A stretch of DNA of 64,000 nt from Lytechinus pictus. Lineage: Eukaryota. The notes under the pieces are model-generated. The model worked only from the letters and a program-made list of their open reading frames with translations. It ran no database searches and was not told where the DNA came from. Positions 49,836 through 63,750 of this stretch are shown here, in pieces. Location: contig NC_087252.1 of assembly GCF_037042905.1 (NCBI RefSeq), forward strand, positions 19,344,001 through 19,408,000. Reading direction: 5' to 3'. The stretch's first letter is position 1. Every line of letters begins with the position of its first letter. Position numbers and translations under genes: made by a program.

Positions 49836-50442
49836 TATAGTGTATGATGCACTTGTTCTGTTTCTATTTTGATGTGGTAAGATTTTTGTTTGGTTGTTAT
49901 GATTAAATTTAACTACGATTATGTTTTAATTATTGTAAAAACGTGCAATTTTGGTCAGCAGACCTTTGAATCATATTATTTATGTTTTCATACCAAATAT
50001 ATGAAATAAAATAAAACAAAATGAAATAAAATAGAAACATATATATTTCAGATTTGATGATTTGATTAAAAATTTGTTCAGGAAATAATGCAAATTGAAG
50101 AATGTTATGACACAAGCTTCTTTAAAGTGTTGATGAGTGTAATTTTCTTTGTAGAGTGTTTTATTTTATTTATTCGTTTATTTCACATCTTTACACAGGG
50201 TAACCAATTCAGCTATACACGATAAAAACATTAACAAAGATAAAAATCTGGTTTGCAATTGGGCCCTGTTAATTAAAATACATACAAATTATAATGGTAA
50301 AAATATACAGTACATAATAATGCAAAATAGACAAGAAATAAATCTTTAAAAAATCCCAACCCTCAGTGCCGTCATCACATTCATCAGAAACACACAAACA
50401 CACGGAAGCACCCAAACCCTCACATCCACACTCCCTCACATA

Positions 50443-50630
50443 TAGCTCAGTCGGTAGAGCGGGGGATTCGTATTCCGGTGACCCGGGTTCGATTCCCACT
50501 TGGTGCGCTAGTGCCCTTTGGTAAGGCATTAATCCTCAGTACCAGGTCCTTCGGAGAGGACCTTAAGCCGTCGGTCCTCTGGTTGCTTGCTTACAAGCAT
50601 TTATATGATTTCTTAGTAATCAGGTAAAAA
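50443..50630 (+). mobile_element. tRNA-derived SINE
   Basis: A-box TAGCTCAGTCGGTAGAGC and B-box GGTTCGATTCC followed by a non-tRNA body. Confidence 0.75.
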
Positions 50631-50840
50631 GTCACATACTATGGCACATTTTTCTGCAGACTCATTACTTACTTGTAACATATAATAATTAATTTAACAT
50701 TATGATTTACATATTGACATGAGCGAAAAAAAAAAGTGTGCGTGAATCACGAGTTTGATATTAAGAATAAGATGGATACGTGCGATGAAGGTAATTGTGG
50801 GAGTGAGGCAATTTGTGTGGGTGTGCACGCATGTGAAAGT

Positions 50841-50882
<42 letters not shown>

Positions 50883-51082
50883 TATAAAAGTATAATTTTA
50901 AGGAATTTCATTCCGTCCTTATTTGCTTCAGTTTTTGGTAAATTATATATGTTTTCTTTTTGCATATCCTTGTGGATATAAAATGAAGATTTGTATTTTT
51001 GATTGTATCTGATCAATTAAAAGAATCTGTCAAATATCACCTGATTGCAGAGTCCTTATGGCTCTGTCACCATGCGGAAGAG

Positions 51083-51335
51083 AGGGGGCTCAGTGGTAGA
51101 GCGTCTGCCTCATGAACGGGAGGTCGTGGGTTCGATCCTCGGCCGAGTCATGCCAAAGGGCAAAGACTTACAAAAATTGGACATTCTGCATCCTTGCTAG
51201 GCGCTCAGCATTTAGACTGGAGAAGGGTCATAATAACATCATTATGTTATGCAGGGCCCGGTGGTAGAGCAGTTCCCTAACTGAAGTGGCTACCCTGGGT
51301 AAATAAAATGCTATTATTATTATTATTATTTATCT
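51083..51335 (+). mobile_element. tRNA-derived SINE with (TTA)n tail
   Basis: GGCTCAGTGGTAGAGCG...GGTTCGATCC head, body, (ATT)n tail. Confidence 0.8.
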
Positions 51336-53323
51336 ATTACTTGAAGCCTTGTAGACAACAATAGACCTCATGCAATGACGTCATCGCTCCGCCATCTTAG
51401 AGGCCAGTGCCATTTCATTGCGTGGGTTGGTGATGTGCAACTGGCGCATCTCTGACAACTCTGTTCACGCGTATTCATATAGCCTCTGCGGGAGGGCGCT
51501 ATATGAGATGACATCACAGGCATAAAATAACAAGTCCAGACCCTCTGCCAAAAAAAGAAATTGAAACAGAGGTTGAGTACAAAAGTAATACTGCCCGCTC
51601 TTGGTGGAAATTGAATAAAAAGCGTTTTTATTTTTTTATCAATTTTTTTTAGTGAAACACTTCAAATCATGACAGTTAAAGCTCTTAAATATTGAACGTC
51701 CGAGGATCGATTATGAAACACTCATAGGAAAATAAGGTGCGATTGGAACCCTTATGTCCCGTTTATTTGGAGCCCTCAAGAGAAAGGGTTCCCTATAAGG
51801 TTCTTAGGAACCTTTAACGGTTTTCTGAAGAAGCAAAACAGGTTTCAAGGTTGTTGTTCAAGGTAAGTAAGAACCTATTCAGGAACCTTTAAGATTCCCA
51901 AATATGGGACAGGCATAGAACCCTCTAAGATTTGTTTTGGTCTAAAAGTGAAGTACATGTTTTAGCTCACAAAGTCTATTTTATCTGACAGTTAACATAA
52001 TAGACACCTGTGATTAACAGCAAATCAAACATGATCAAGGAAAGTTGTCAGATTAGATAATTCGCCAGATGCCGATTGTTGCATGGTGAAACCCTCTCTT
52101 GAGCCCTGCTTGCATGGGAATGGGGGGGGGGGGTGTACCAGTCGGGGTAGTCTGCCAGAAAATATACCTGCGACCATTTATGGTACTGCATGTCGATGAA
52201 TATTACCCCGTCTTAACAGACACTTTTCTGACTGCCCTACCCCGATAAAAGCAGGGCGAAAGAAATCACCCTTCCTGTTAAGACGCTCCCACTGGGAGAA
52301 AAGCAGGACTGTGTCGATCGGGAAGGATTTTTCCAAATTTCGGCCTGCTCAGACCAGGGTTGAAGCGAGGTAGAAAAACAACTTTGTACCCCGCTAAAGC
52401 CCGGACGCATGTCTTTTAAGATGTCTGTTAAGACGCCGGGTGCAGTCTGCATGTCTGAAAAGCTCTCCCTAGCTCTCCCATTCCTTTCTCCTTTTCTCTC
52501 TCTATTCTTTATTTCCCCTCCCCTCTTCATTTCCTTTCTCTTTTTCTTTCCCTCTCTTGTGAGTTATCGTCATAAAATATGATGCCCTCATGTCGGCCTT
52601 CCTTTTCTTTGAAAGGCCGACAAATTACATTCAGGACCATTTTAAAAGGGTTCAGCAAAATATTCGAAATACACGACTTCCTCAAATCCTTATAAACGCT
52701 GGAGTACCAAATGCAGATATATTTCTTGAAATATATGTATATGTAACGGTTCAAGAAAAGCTGTTTTAACACCCGTCGACCTAGCGTGAAAAGAAATGAT
52801 TGATCTTGATAACAGTGCCACACCTTATACAAACACATGCAGCTTGATTTGCTTGTCTAACGAGTCATCGAGGGCTTTGGTGGTCATATATTATATACCA
52901 TTACCTGTTCCACTTATATTTTCGGGCCACAATCAGCCTATACACAAATCAAATAGTTTTACCGTGTATTACTACACAGTAGCCAGTGCATTAGTTCAAA
53001 TAGGGCTGATTGAATTGAAAATCGTTTATTACTTGATCAAGCGTGCATCATGAATAGAAAATTGGGCCTTGCCTTTTTTTGTCCTTGTTTGTTTTCTAAA
53101 GGGCACGGATCGTTGCAAAACAAGGGTGTTATGAATACTATGAATACCATGAATGTTAGGTTGATATGAGGGGCGGTAGGGGAGAGATAAACCATTGCCA
53201 GTTATGAGACTTATTTATCATAATGTGGGGCCCACGCCCGAGCTGTCGACAGCAATATGGATTGCTTGCCTTTCTGCTGTTATCTGCGAATGCATGGGAG
53301 TGTAATGAATGATAATGATTTGT

Positions 53324-53474
53324 AATACCTCAGTCACATTTTCTCTACGGTGGCAGTACGGCGAGTCGAAAACAGCCGTTTTAATACCTAAATATAGCTA
53401 TTACAAAAAATGTTAAACCGGCTGTTTTCGATTCGCCGTACGACCGCCGCAGAGCAAATGTGACTGAGGTATTA
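53324..53474. mobile_element. Short palindromic MITE
   Basis: AATACCTCAGTCACATTT...AAATGTGACTGAGGTATT. Confidence 0.75.
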
Positions 53475-54219
53475 ATGTGTCGCTATCCACGACGCATCTT
53501 CGCGTCAAATGGTTTAAATTTTGATTTTCGCGTCAATCACAATTATGCATATCGAAAACATACGTATCTCATCTCAACAAATTTTACTTCACTATAAGTT
53601 CTTTCTACACTTGCCCTTGAAGCTTTATGTATATTATGATAACTTTTTATGATGATGATGATGATTATTATTATTATATTATTATTACTATATTCCTTAT
53701 CACATTGATCCCTCGTATTCTCGTATTGTTAACATCATTTTATTCATCCTTATCATGATTTATCAGTTTATAATGGTTTTCTGTTTTGTCTTCCTGGTGA
53801 TTGTTATTATCAAGAAAACAGGTGGATACAATAATTATTTTCAAAATGAACGAAACTTTGATCATTTTTCTATTCAAAATTTCATCAAGTTCATCACACA
53901 ATCGGGCGTTCAGCTGCAATTGAACTCAAATCAACATCAAATTTACAAATATGAGTCTGCATGATTTCCTGACTTACGCTTGATCAAGAAAAGTGACGCC
54001 TCATTAGGCCGATGATGTGCACTGTACACAATATAATGCATTCATTTGGCAGACCGTGATTCCTGGCTGGAAAGATGAATGAATAATTACATTCCTCTGG
54101 TTTTTGTTATAAATGTATTATACGAAATGCGCCAATTTGATTCAGGCATTCCAAATAAAACCCATATTTAAGCTCTGCGTGGTTTCGGTATGTTAAGAGT
54201 TCACATGATGACAAAGATT

Positions 54220-54510
54220 GGTGTTAAGATTTGATCTTCTACATGTATCATTTAAATTGCTCATGATAAATCTTTGTACGCAATAGGATCAGAATTAAAC
54301 AACATTTGGTTTAATTCATTTATATTTCTAACATTTACAATATGTTTTGTTCCATACTTATATATATTGCAATGAAATGATCATAGTCCGCGTGTTGGAT
54401 AAAGATGCAAATAGACAAATAGGTAGTGCATTCAGTTCCAACAAAAAGTTGGATAATACTTGGAAACAATTTTGTTGTTGAAACTGACAGCATTACCCCT
54501 TTGTCTCTTG

Positions 54511-54565
<55 letters not shown>

Positions 54566-54842
54566 GACGGTCAATCGGATCGGGGTCGCCCTAGCCACTA
54601 ACCCGTCTCTGTGGTCTAGTGGTTAAGGCACCAGCGATCAAAGCTGGGGGCCCGGGTTCGATTCCCGGCAGAGACATTTTTTCGGCATTACCAATTTTTT
54701 CCAAAGGGCAGATAGCTCTGGGGAACCTTGATTTAAGCTACGCCTACCATTGTTCTCTTCATCCATTTCTTTGACAAAATATTTAAATAAAAGAGTTGCC
54801 AAAGCTGTTGTACATGTATAGTTTCACACATTTATATATATA

Positions 54843-54892
<50 letters not shown>

Positions 54893-55080
54893 CTCTGGGG
54901 AACCTTGATTTGAAGCTACGCCTACCATTGTACTCTTCATTCATTTCTTTCACAACATTTTTTAAATACAAAGAGTTGCCAAAACTGTTGTACATGTATA
55001 AATGAAATAAAATGTTGTTTACTTCTGATCCTATTGCGTACAAAGATTTATCATACATGTAGAAGATCAAATCTTAACAC
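54220..55080. mobile_element. Inverted-repeat element hosting a (TA)n-flanked, tRNA-containing insert
   Basis: GTGTTAAGATTTGATCTTCTACATGTAT...ATACATGTAGAAGATCAAATCTTAACAC. Confidence 0.7.
54605..54676 (+). tRNA. tRNA-like cloverleaf with UCA anticodon (probably a repeat-borne tRNA mimic or pseudo-tRNA)
   Basis: 7-bp acceptor GTCTCTG/CAGAGAC, 4-bp D stem, CCAGC/GCTGG anticodon stem with loop GATCAAA, T arm CCGGG-TTCGATT-CCCGG, T6 directly downstream. Lacks the invariant U33. Confidence 0.6.
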
Positions 55081-55170
55081 ATACATATTCGCCAAGATTG
55101 ATCACACTTGTAAATAAATCCACTTAAATATATATTTCTATAACAAAAGAAAAAGAAGATGATAACAATA

Positions 55171-55753
55171 TTAAAGGAGAATGAAACCCTTGAAATCAGC
55201 TGAATCCATATCAAAGAGAAAAATCGAAGAAACATATTGTTGAAAGTTTGAGGAAGATTGAATGAATAATAAGAAAGTTATGAGCATTTGAATATTGAGA
55301 TCACTAATGCCATGTAGATCCTCCTATTGGCAATGCGACCAAGATCTGTGATGTCACACACGTACAACTCCCTCATTACTTTAGTACTTATATTCTCACT
55401 TTTATAGAGTCTATCACAAGGTGAGGTGTTCTCTTTATGTGAGGACAAGTACAGAGGTTTCACAACATTATATCATTGATGAATCATTTGTCATATCATT
55501 AGAATGAGCAAAAAGAGATGTTTTGGGGTATATTTTCAGTGTCCAAAAGGGGAGAGTTGTTCATCTGTGACATCATAGATCTTGGTCGCATTGCCAATGG
55601 GAGGATCTCCATAGCATTAGTGATCTCGACATTCAAATGCTCATAACTCTTCTATTGCTAGTCCTATTTTACTCAAAGTTTTGTTGATCTTATTCTTTGA
55701 TTTTTCTGCATTCACAAAAACTAACTTGCTCCAAGAGTTTCATTCTCCTTTAA
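55171..55753. mobile_element. TTAA-flanked palindromic MITE
   Basis: TTAAAGGAGAATGAAAC...GTTTCATTCTCCTTTAA. Confidence 0.85.
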
Positions 55754-56644
55754 GTCTTCAGATTCCCGCCCCAAAGAACTATACGACTGATTCGATCAAA
55801 CTCAACTACATGAAAATCCATCATTGATAAAGTCCTTTGAAAACAAAGAGAACCACATTGAATGATCAAAATACGATTAATGTATGAACATACTGCATTA
55901 TCTAGAAATGTTTTGAACAAACTTGCAGTTAGGATGTAAGCTGGCAATCCTGGCTTTCAGTGGTTGTGGTTGATCGGATCAATCGCAACTTTTTGTAAGA
56001 CGGGGCTCAGAGGTCACATGAAGTTTACAATCATCAAGCACGTGCATTAGAATGATATCTTGAAAACAACAACAAAATCCTATGATAAATTAGAAAATTA
56101 GGACACACTCGGTAGAACACAGTGTCAAAAACCTTTTGTGCTCTTCCTCAGAACTTATGAAATTATGTCTTTTCAATGTTTTCATTTTTGCCTGCATGTT
56201 TACTCGTTTTATTTAATTGTTCTAAATTGATTGAACCCCCTGATAGTAGACGTGACCTGTTCAACTTGTTCCCTGCGTAGGAGGACGATCTCCAGAGACA
56301 GTAATTACCAAACAAGTCGATCCCCTATATACCCCTTCTGAACCTCAAGTTATTCCAAAATCCATGCTTGATTACACTCTGATAAAAGATGATATTTTCC
56401 ATTTATAGTTATGATTCTTTACAAATGAAAAGAATGAGGGTCATGGTGCAATGAACTTGATATGCGGATTGGTATGGGGTCTAGAAATAAATTGTGATAT
56501 TACAGGTTGATACGGTTGTCTGAGTCATTGCATTGCATTTGCACTGTGGACGGTTGCTGTAGGACCAATTAACAGATCAATAGACCTATGGAAATACACT
56601 GTTGAGGATTAGGACTAGATCTTGGAACTCAGGTCCCTTTTAAA

Positions 56645-56662
56645 ATGGATCAAGACCTGTCG
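56645..56662 (+). CDS. Candidate first coding exon (MDQDLS) of the type II membrane protein gene
   Basis: AAAATGG start context and a phase-0 GTAAGT donor compatible with exon 61010. Confidence 0.4.
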
Positions 56663-57094
56663 GTAAGTGTATACTACATGCATCATACCTTCACTCGTTT
56701 AGGCCTTTATGTGGAAACACAGTAGAACAGAGCATGTATGGGAAACCGTGTCAAAAGATTTAAGGGGCGGGGCTGGGCGGGGTCGCGCGAACAACCACTT
56801 CTTTCTCATCTCACGTCAACCCCCTCCTCCCCCTCTCTCGCTTTCTCTCTTCCCATCCATCTCCTTCTCTCTTCCCACTCCTCCCCTTCTCCTCTCTCCA
56901 TCTCCCCCTCTTTCTCTCTCTCTCTTAACCTATCTGCTCCCTTTACTCTCTCTTCCTACCGCCCCTCTCTGCCATTCCCTTCACCACCTTTCCCACTCAC
57001 CACGATCACTGTCTCCCCCACCCCCCCCCCGATTGTCATATTAGTTCTTTAACCTTTACTATCTATGGACTTTATAAAACGACTATTGATTTGG

Positions 57095-58295
57095 AGTACG
57101 CACAAGGTTTAAAAAATATTTAGTTTTGGTTACGAACTCAAAGCAATCTTGTTTCCGATTCTAGTGCAAGCTCAAAACAATATTGCTTAATTTCGGAGTA
57201 AAAACTAAAACGAACAACATTGTTTCCACTTCGATTACAAGCTTAAACAAAAATTACGCACAAGGTGAAAAAAAATTATTCAGTTTTGGTTACGAACCCA
57301 AAGCAATCTTGTTTCCGATTCTAATGCAAGCTCAAAATAACATTGTTTCCATATAGAGTACAGGCTCAAAACAACATCGCTTCATTTTCGTGTGCAAGCT
57401 CAAAATAATATTGCTTGAATTCGGAGTAAAAACTAAAAATAAATAAAATTGTTTCCACTTCAATTACAAGCTTAAAACAATTTGTTTCACTTTCAAGTAC
57501 AGAAAAAAACATTGCTTCTATTTCGAGTACAAGCTATTTTTCTAAACCCCTCAAAAAAAGTTCTGCAACTCACTTTTGAGGGATGATATATTTTTGTTAC
57601 TGAAGTATAAAAGATGAAACTGGTATCGTTGGAAAGCTTAATTATTCTTCTTTACAAAGATGTGCCATCTGCTGTGATTATGTCATCGTGAAACATGCAG
57701 TTATCCAGAACGTAGAGAAAAGTCAGAAGTGAAATGTTGCAAAATGCATTGTTTTTTTAAACAAGAGTCTCCATTTGTTACCATGCAGGTGATAGTGAAT
57801 GCACTCAGCCCATCCTCGAAACAATAGGAAATTCGCTATTGGAAACAACAAATTTTGCAACATTTCATTTTTTACATTGCTGCTATCACGTCTGTGCATT
57901 TCATGATAACATTAGCATTACAAATAACACATGATTGTGAAGAGGAATAATTATGCTTCTTAATGATACCACTTTTACACATGGTGATGGCACACTAAGA
58001 AATTTATTAGCACTCAAACTTGAGTTGCAGAACTTTTTTTTGAGGGGTTTATTTCGAGTAAAAGCTAATACAGCCGTGTTTCTACTTGAATATGTCTACA
58101 CGCTCAAAACAACATTGTTTTATTCCGAGTACAAGGTAAAACAACTTGGTTTCCATTTTGACTGCTAGTTCAAATATCATTGTTTCAATTTCGAGCGCAA
58201 TTCACATATACATAGGCTCGATCAAATCAACCTTGTTTCAATTTCGAATTCAAGCTAAAAATGTCATCGCCTCAATTTCGAGTTCAAGCTCAAAA
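57095..58295. repeat. Degenerate array of about 30-bp units (TTCGAGTACAAGCTCAAAA..CATTG) with an embedded palindromic MITE at 57547-58047
   Basis: Repeated motif; inner TIR CCCCTCAAAAAAAGTTCTGCAACTCA / TGAGTTGCAGAACTTTTTTTTGAGGGG. Confidence 0.7.
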
Positions 58296-60760
58296 TAACC
58301 AATATTCTCAAAATAGTCAACTTCCAGATGTACCTCTATCATTCCTAAACACAAAACACTCGGTAATAATTTATGTACATTATACACGATGCATATGTAC
58401 GTAATTATGTACATATTTTACGCAGGTGCTGAAATTTATTCCATTCCTTTATTCTCTATTGATATCATATGCTACAAAACAATGGTATACAATAAGAAAA
58501 AAAATTGGGAGACACAATAATGGCAAATATCATATATATATTTTTTTTTACAAAACAGCCATTTATTAATAAGGGCCTTGGGAACGATTTTTTTTTACTG
58601 GGGTGCTGATGTAAATTTGAAAAAAAAAAGTTTTCTTTACAAAGCGAAGGTCATTTTGGTCAAGAGAAATTTGAAAGCAAAAAATAAATAACACAAAATG
58701 AAGGCCTTTTTGGTCCAGAGAAATTTGACGAGCAAAAATAAAAGTGTTTTTTTTTCTACAAAAAGTACGTCATTTTTGTTACATTTTTCCATTTTTCAAC
58801 ACCTACCAGAATTCCAGGGGGTGCTGCCTATGGAGAATAATACACGCAGCACCCCCTATCACACCTGCGTCCCAGGGCCATGATATTGAATAGCAAAAAG
58901 GAAGCTACAATGAAATATATAGTAACGTATTATAATATGTCAATTAAAACTAACTTGCTAATGACAAGACAACCGAGATTAGAAATGCAGTAAAAAAATG
59001 AGGAAGGACTGTGCAAAAATATTTGTCCCATAATTAGACTTTAAGTCACATTTGTATAAAATGCATTGGAGTTGTGTTTATATCTAGACGAAAATAAGGC
59101 AAGGTAGCTTCATTCTTACTCCCTGTAGTACAATGAGTGATTTAATGTACTATAACAAATAACGAGAATCAATAAATCAATAAAAAATAAAACTAGTGAG
59201 GAGTCGAAATATGAGAATATGAAATTTCAAGTTATTACATTAGGAAGTTTCAATGCCTGTTTTAAAATAAAATTTTAATGATCAATTTCTCCTTCGTATG
59301 TGCATTTCAATTCAAGAAAACCTTTACACTGTTTAAACGCTGTAAAAAAAATTTAAGCATGTTGTTTAAACCCGTCACTCTAACAACTACTTTTTAAACT
59401 TCTTAAACAATAACCACAAAATTAAACAACTTGTTGTTGGAGTGACAGGCTTAAACAACGTACTATTTTTTATCTATTATTTTTTTACTGTGTATGTTTT
59501 TTAAAGCATGCCCCATTTTTCATTCGTTTCAACTCTCTTGTTATAATTACGTGCCAACCTTTATTTCATTATTAGTTTCTATCATTTATAATTGTATTGC
59601 TGATTAAGGTACGTTATTTTACATGAATTCGAAAATAAATCCTTGAATTGGAATGGATTTATAAAAAGGCGGGGTGTGCAAGTTAATGGGAATTAGAAGA
59701 CAGTCAATAATGAGTGGGCTGCTGCATTCAGTAAAAGCTGTATAAACCGAAGCATTTGAACTTCTGCCTGGCCTCCGTAATACGAAATCGTATGATATTG
59801 TATATCATGTTGACCAAATCACATCAAAAGATCATCAAGGCCATTGAAGTGAGGAAACACAGAAAAGTTGAACTAAAGAGAATTGATTCGAGCAGATTCC
59901 TTTTTTTTTTTTTACCTTTCGACACGCTGGTTGGATTTTAAATAAACGCCCACGTGGAATGATTGTCCCTGTTCTCTGAACGCTTAAGAAGGTAAACGTT
60001 AATATGCCAGTTTCTTCGTTTGTGGTTAATTGCTGTTTTTCAATAATCTTATATGCACGGCGTAAGATCAAATCGTACCACACTATATAATTGTGACGGC
60101 AACTCCTTGTTGACGTCTTTCTTCAATACTTTTGGTAATAATTGTCATTCACTATCAGTGGCATGAGAGCCAAAAATGGAGGGGGTCAGATATGGCGTAT
60201 CGGGTAAAATGTATTTAAACTTGCGAACGAGTGAAGCGAGTGAGCAAACTATTGACAATTTTACTACAGACATCCTATTTTGTAATTGATTTTCACATAA
60301 TATTCAGAAAATAATATCATATTTCATCCTTTTCTCTCTTTCTTTCTTTCTTTTTTTCTTGTTCGTGACTTTTTTTTTTTGGGGGGGGGAGGCAAGTGTC
60401 CCCATCCCCCATCTGTTTACCATTCAGACGTAATAGCATTACGCCTTTAACCCTTGCCTAAAGAGGCTGGGCCTTATTAAACTATAGCCTACTCATGCTA
60501 ACTGATTACTCGAGGACTAATACAAAAAACTTTTTTTCAGTTGGGGATGATAAATCAATAAAGCTCGCCCCAAATAATCATTAAGGTTGGTTGAAGCTTA
60601 AAAATTATTTAATACATGAGGACAGCTGGTAACGTTATCAGAATTTAAGTATGAAGTTGAATCAACCATAGGTGCCCTGTTTTGCAGTGCTTCCACTTCT
60701 TCCTATTTTCAAGGGGTTCCCATGTGTCGTTGAGGATTTCAAAGACGGTTTTAGAAACTG

Positions 60761-60917
60761 NNNNNNNNNNNNNNNNNNNNNNNNNNNNNNNNNNNNNNNN
60801 NNNNNNNNNNNNNNNNNNNNNNNNNNNNNNNNNNNNNNNNNNNNNNNNNNNNNNNNNNNNNNNNNNNNNNNNNNNNNNNNNNNNNNNNNNNNNNNNNNNN
60901 NNNNNNNNNNNNNNNNN
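60761..60917. other. Assembly gap
   Basis: Run of N. Confidence 1.
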
Positions 60918-61009
60918 CCATTTTCATCACTTTTATCATCATCACCATCACCACCACCATCATCATCATCGTAACCATATCCCTCTTACTTTCTCCTTGT
61001 ATCCCACAG

Positions 61010-61353
61010 TCTCCGACGGACGAGAGCCCTTACGACAATGCCGGTGGAGGCAACCTTGGTCGTAACACCGAAGAGCATGCCTACGACAACGCAACATTCG
61101 AGGAAGACACCGGGGAGCAGACCGCCGTCGACATGCCACCGCCGTCCAATGAACCCGTGAATGACATCTCTGCCGAGGACGAGATCGCGGCCAATATGGA
61201 CACTGAGCCTTCATCCGTGATCGACGTCAATGCGGTGGACGGGGACGAGGACGCGGTCGATGATGAGGATGAGAAGGATGTCGAGACGCCAGATGATGAA
61301 GAGATTCCTGTTTATTCATATGTCGATACAAACAAATTAAAGGAAGAATCAAG
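61010..61353 (+). CDS. Acidic cytoplasmic-tail exon of a type II membrane protein (SPTDESPYDNA...PVYSYVDTNKLKEESR)
   Basis: Pyrimidine tract + CAG acceptor, GC-rich open frame, AG|GTGA donor in phase 2. Confidence 0.75.
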
Positions 61354-61449
61354 GTGATTCACTTTTCTTTCAAATACATCATTCGGTGAAGTCTTTTTTT
61401 GGTGTTATTTTACTATCTATCTATATTTGTATCCATCTGTCTTTTATAT

Positions 61450-61908
61450 NNNNNNNNNNNNNNNNNNNNNNNNNNNNNNNNNNNNNNNNNNNNNNNNNNN
61501 NNNNNNNNNNNNNNNNNNNNNNNNNNNNNNNNNNNNNNNNNNNNNNNNNNNNNNNNNNNNNNNNNNNNNNNNNNNNNNNNNNNNNNNNNNNNNNNNNNNN
61601 NNNNNNNNNNNNNNNNNNNNNNNNNNNNNNNNNNNNNNNNNNNNNNNNNNNNNNNNNNNNNNNNNNNNNNNNNNNNNNNNNNNNNNNNNNNNNNNNNNNN
61701 NNNNNNNNNNNNNNNNNNNNNNNNNNNNNNNNNNNNNNNNNNNNNNNNNNNNNNNNNNNNNNNNNNNNNNNNNNNNNNNNNNNNNNNNNNNNNNNNNNNN
61801 NNNNNNNNNNNNNNNNNNNNNNNNNNNNNNNNNNNNNNNNNNNNNNNNNNNNNNNNNNNNNNNNNNNNNNNNNNNNNNNNNNNNNNNNNNNNNNNNNNNN
61901 NNNNNNNN
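61450..61908. other. Assembly gap
   Basis: Run of N. Confidence 1.
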
Positions 61909-62613
61909 TCAAACTCGGAAACAAAGATGTACTAGTATGTGAATTTACGATATTTTTATTGCGGGTGAAGGGAGGTGGGGAATATCAATGCATAATATCT
62001 AAATCATGTTATATTCAAAATTAATATTTTTTCTTGTATGTTTCATTAAAATTTTAACTTCAACAAGTTTATTTAATCTAAGGATCTAGGTCTATCGATG
62101 ATCTTCTGAAGCGAATTGCAAAGTTTTACATTTTTGGGGGAGAGAATTTGAAAAAAAAATCAGATAATAGAAAACAAGAGAATATGTAGAGATAAGACAT
62201 CATAAGCTTGCTCTTTGCATATTCATGAAGACATGCATAGGACAATTTTTCCGAAATAATGCAAAATTGTAAATTTTCACAACTTTGTTATTCTCCATCG
62301 AATTTTGATGGCATTTTCAGTGTTTTTTTTTTAGTTTACTCATGTATTTTTTAGCCTGGTGTGCCCCTTAAATACAGGAGCCACGGAACGGTTTTGAAGG
62401 GGAGGGGGGGGGGGCTGATCATGCAAAAAATCCTAATCAGATGGTAATTTTTACGGTTTTTTACACGGTTTTGGAAAAAGTGCGGGGACTGAAGCCCCCG
62501 AAGCCCGCCGTTTCCGCAGCCCCTGTTATACTTAATAGAATGAAAATGATATGCCCATAAACCGCATAAAATACTGTGATTTAATTCCGAATATTTACTT
62601 TTAAATGTTACAG

Positions 62614-62756
62614 ATACGATAGTATCAAACTGAAGACAACAGATATGAGTGACGAGGAGTTGCATCGCAGAAAACAAAAGTCAATCAAAATATGTATCGG
62701 TCTGTTTGTATTTGTTCTCATCGCAGTCATTGTGGGACTCCTCGGATTCTATATAG
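62614..62756 (+). CDS. Transmembrane exon (...HRRKQKSIKICIGLFVFVLIAVIVGLLGFYI)
   Basis: In phase with the previous exon; basic cluster followed by a 22-residue hydrophobic helix; G|GTAAT donor, phase 1. Confidence 0.75.
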
Positions 62757-63279
62757 GTAATTTCCTATCCTTATGATAAAAACTCACTGCTGAAAAGAAA
62801 ACAGTGTCACACAGCGTTATCATAGTTTTATCACAGTGTGTTCACATAGTGGACTATGTGAAAATATTTTTCACACTGTTAAACGTTCAACAGTGTGGGG
62901 GATATTTTCACACTCCACTGTAACAAATAGTGGGTAAACTTTTACCACCATAACGGTAATTATGTCTCCAACCATTTGGGGCAGTATTTTACCCAATGCG
63001 GGAAGCATATTGTCCAGTAAGGTTGAAAAAATAAGCAGCAATTACTTTAGAATGGGCACAGTTTTCATCACACTGGCTAAATAAAAATGCCATAAAGAAA
63101 CGCCCAATGTTGGTTGGACGTATAATTACCCTCATGGAGTCGGTTTACCCAATGTTTTTTAGAGTGTATGAACACCTGAATAGTGCGACTGTTCACAGCG
63201 TGTTCACAATCATGGTCGACTATGAGAATATCTGATTCACACTGTTGAATTGCTCAGATTTAACAGTGTGAAGGTGATT

Positions 63280-63750
63280 TCACATTGTCTTCCGCACTGT
63301 GGCACACACTGTCATGACTGGGGGACATTGTGTTCCGCACTGTGACACACACTGCATGACTGTAGGACATTGTGTTCCGCACTCTGACACACACTGCATG
63401 ACTCTGGCACGTACTGTTTTACATTGTGTTCGCACTCTGACAAACACTGCATGACTGTGGAACATACTGTGGGGCATTGTGTTCCGCACTGTGGCACACA
63501 CTGCATGACTGTGGAACATACTGTTGGACATTGTATTCGCACTCTGACAAACACTGCATGACTGTGGAACATACTGTGGGACATTGTGTTCCGCACTGTG
63601 AGACACACTGCGTGACTGTGGCACATACTGTTGGATATTGTGTTCTGCACTGTGATACACACTGCATGACTGTGGAATATACTGTGGGACATTGTGTTCC
63701 ACACAGTGAGACACACTGCATTACTTTGGAACATACTGTGGGACATTTGT
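63280..63750. repeat. 54-bp minisatellite (about 8-9 units, some shortened)
   Basis: ACACTGCATGACTGTGGAACATACTGTGGGACATTGTGTTCCGCACTGTG.CAC repeated. Confidence 0.92.

Noticed and set aside
54605-54676. Selenocysteine tRNA gene
   Set aside because: Lacks the long variable arm, extended acceptor/D stems and U33 of tRNA-Sec.
60672-62024. ORFs containing X runs
   Set aside because: Artefacts of N gaps; only 61010-61353 has exon support.
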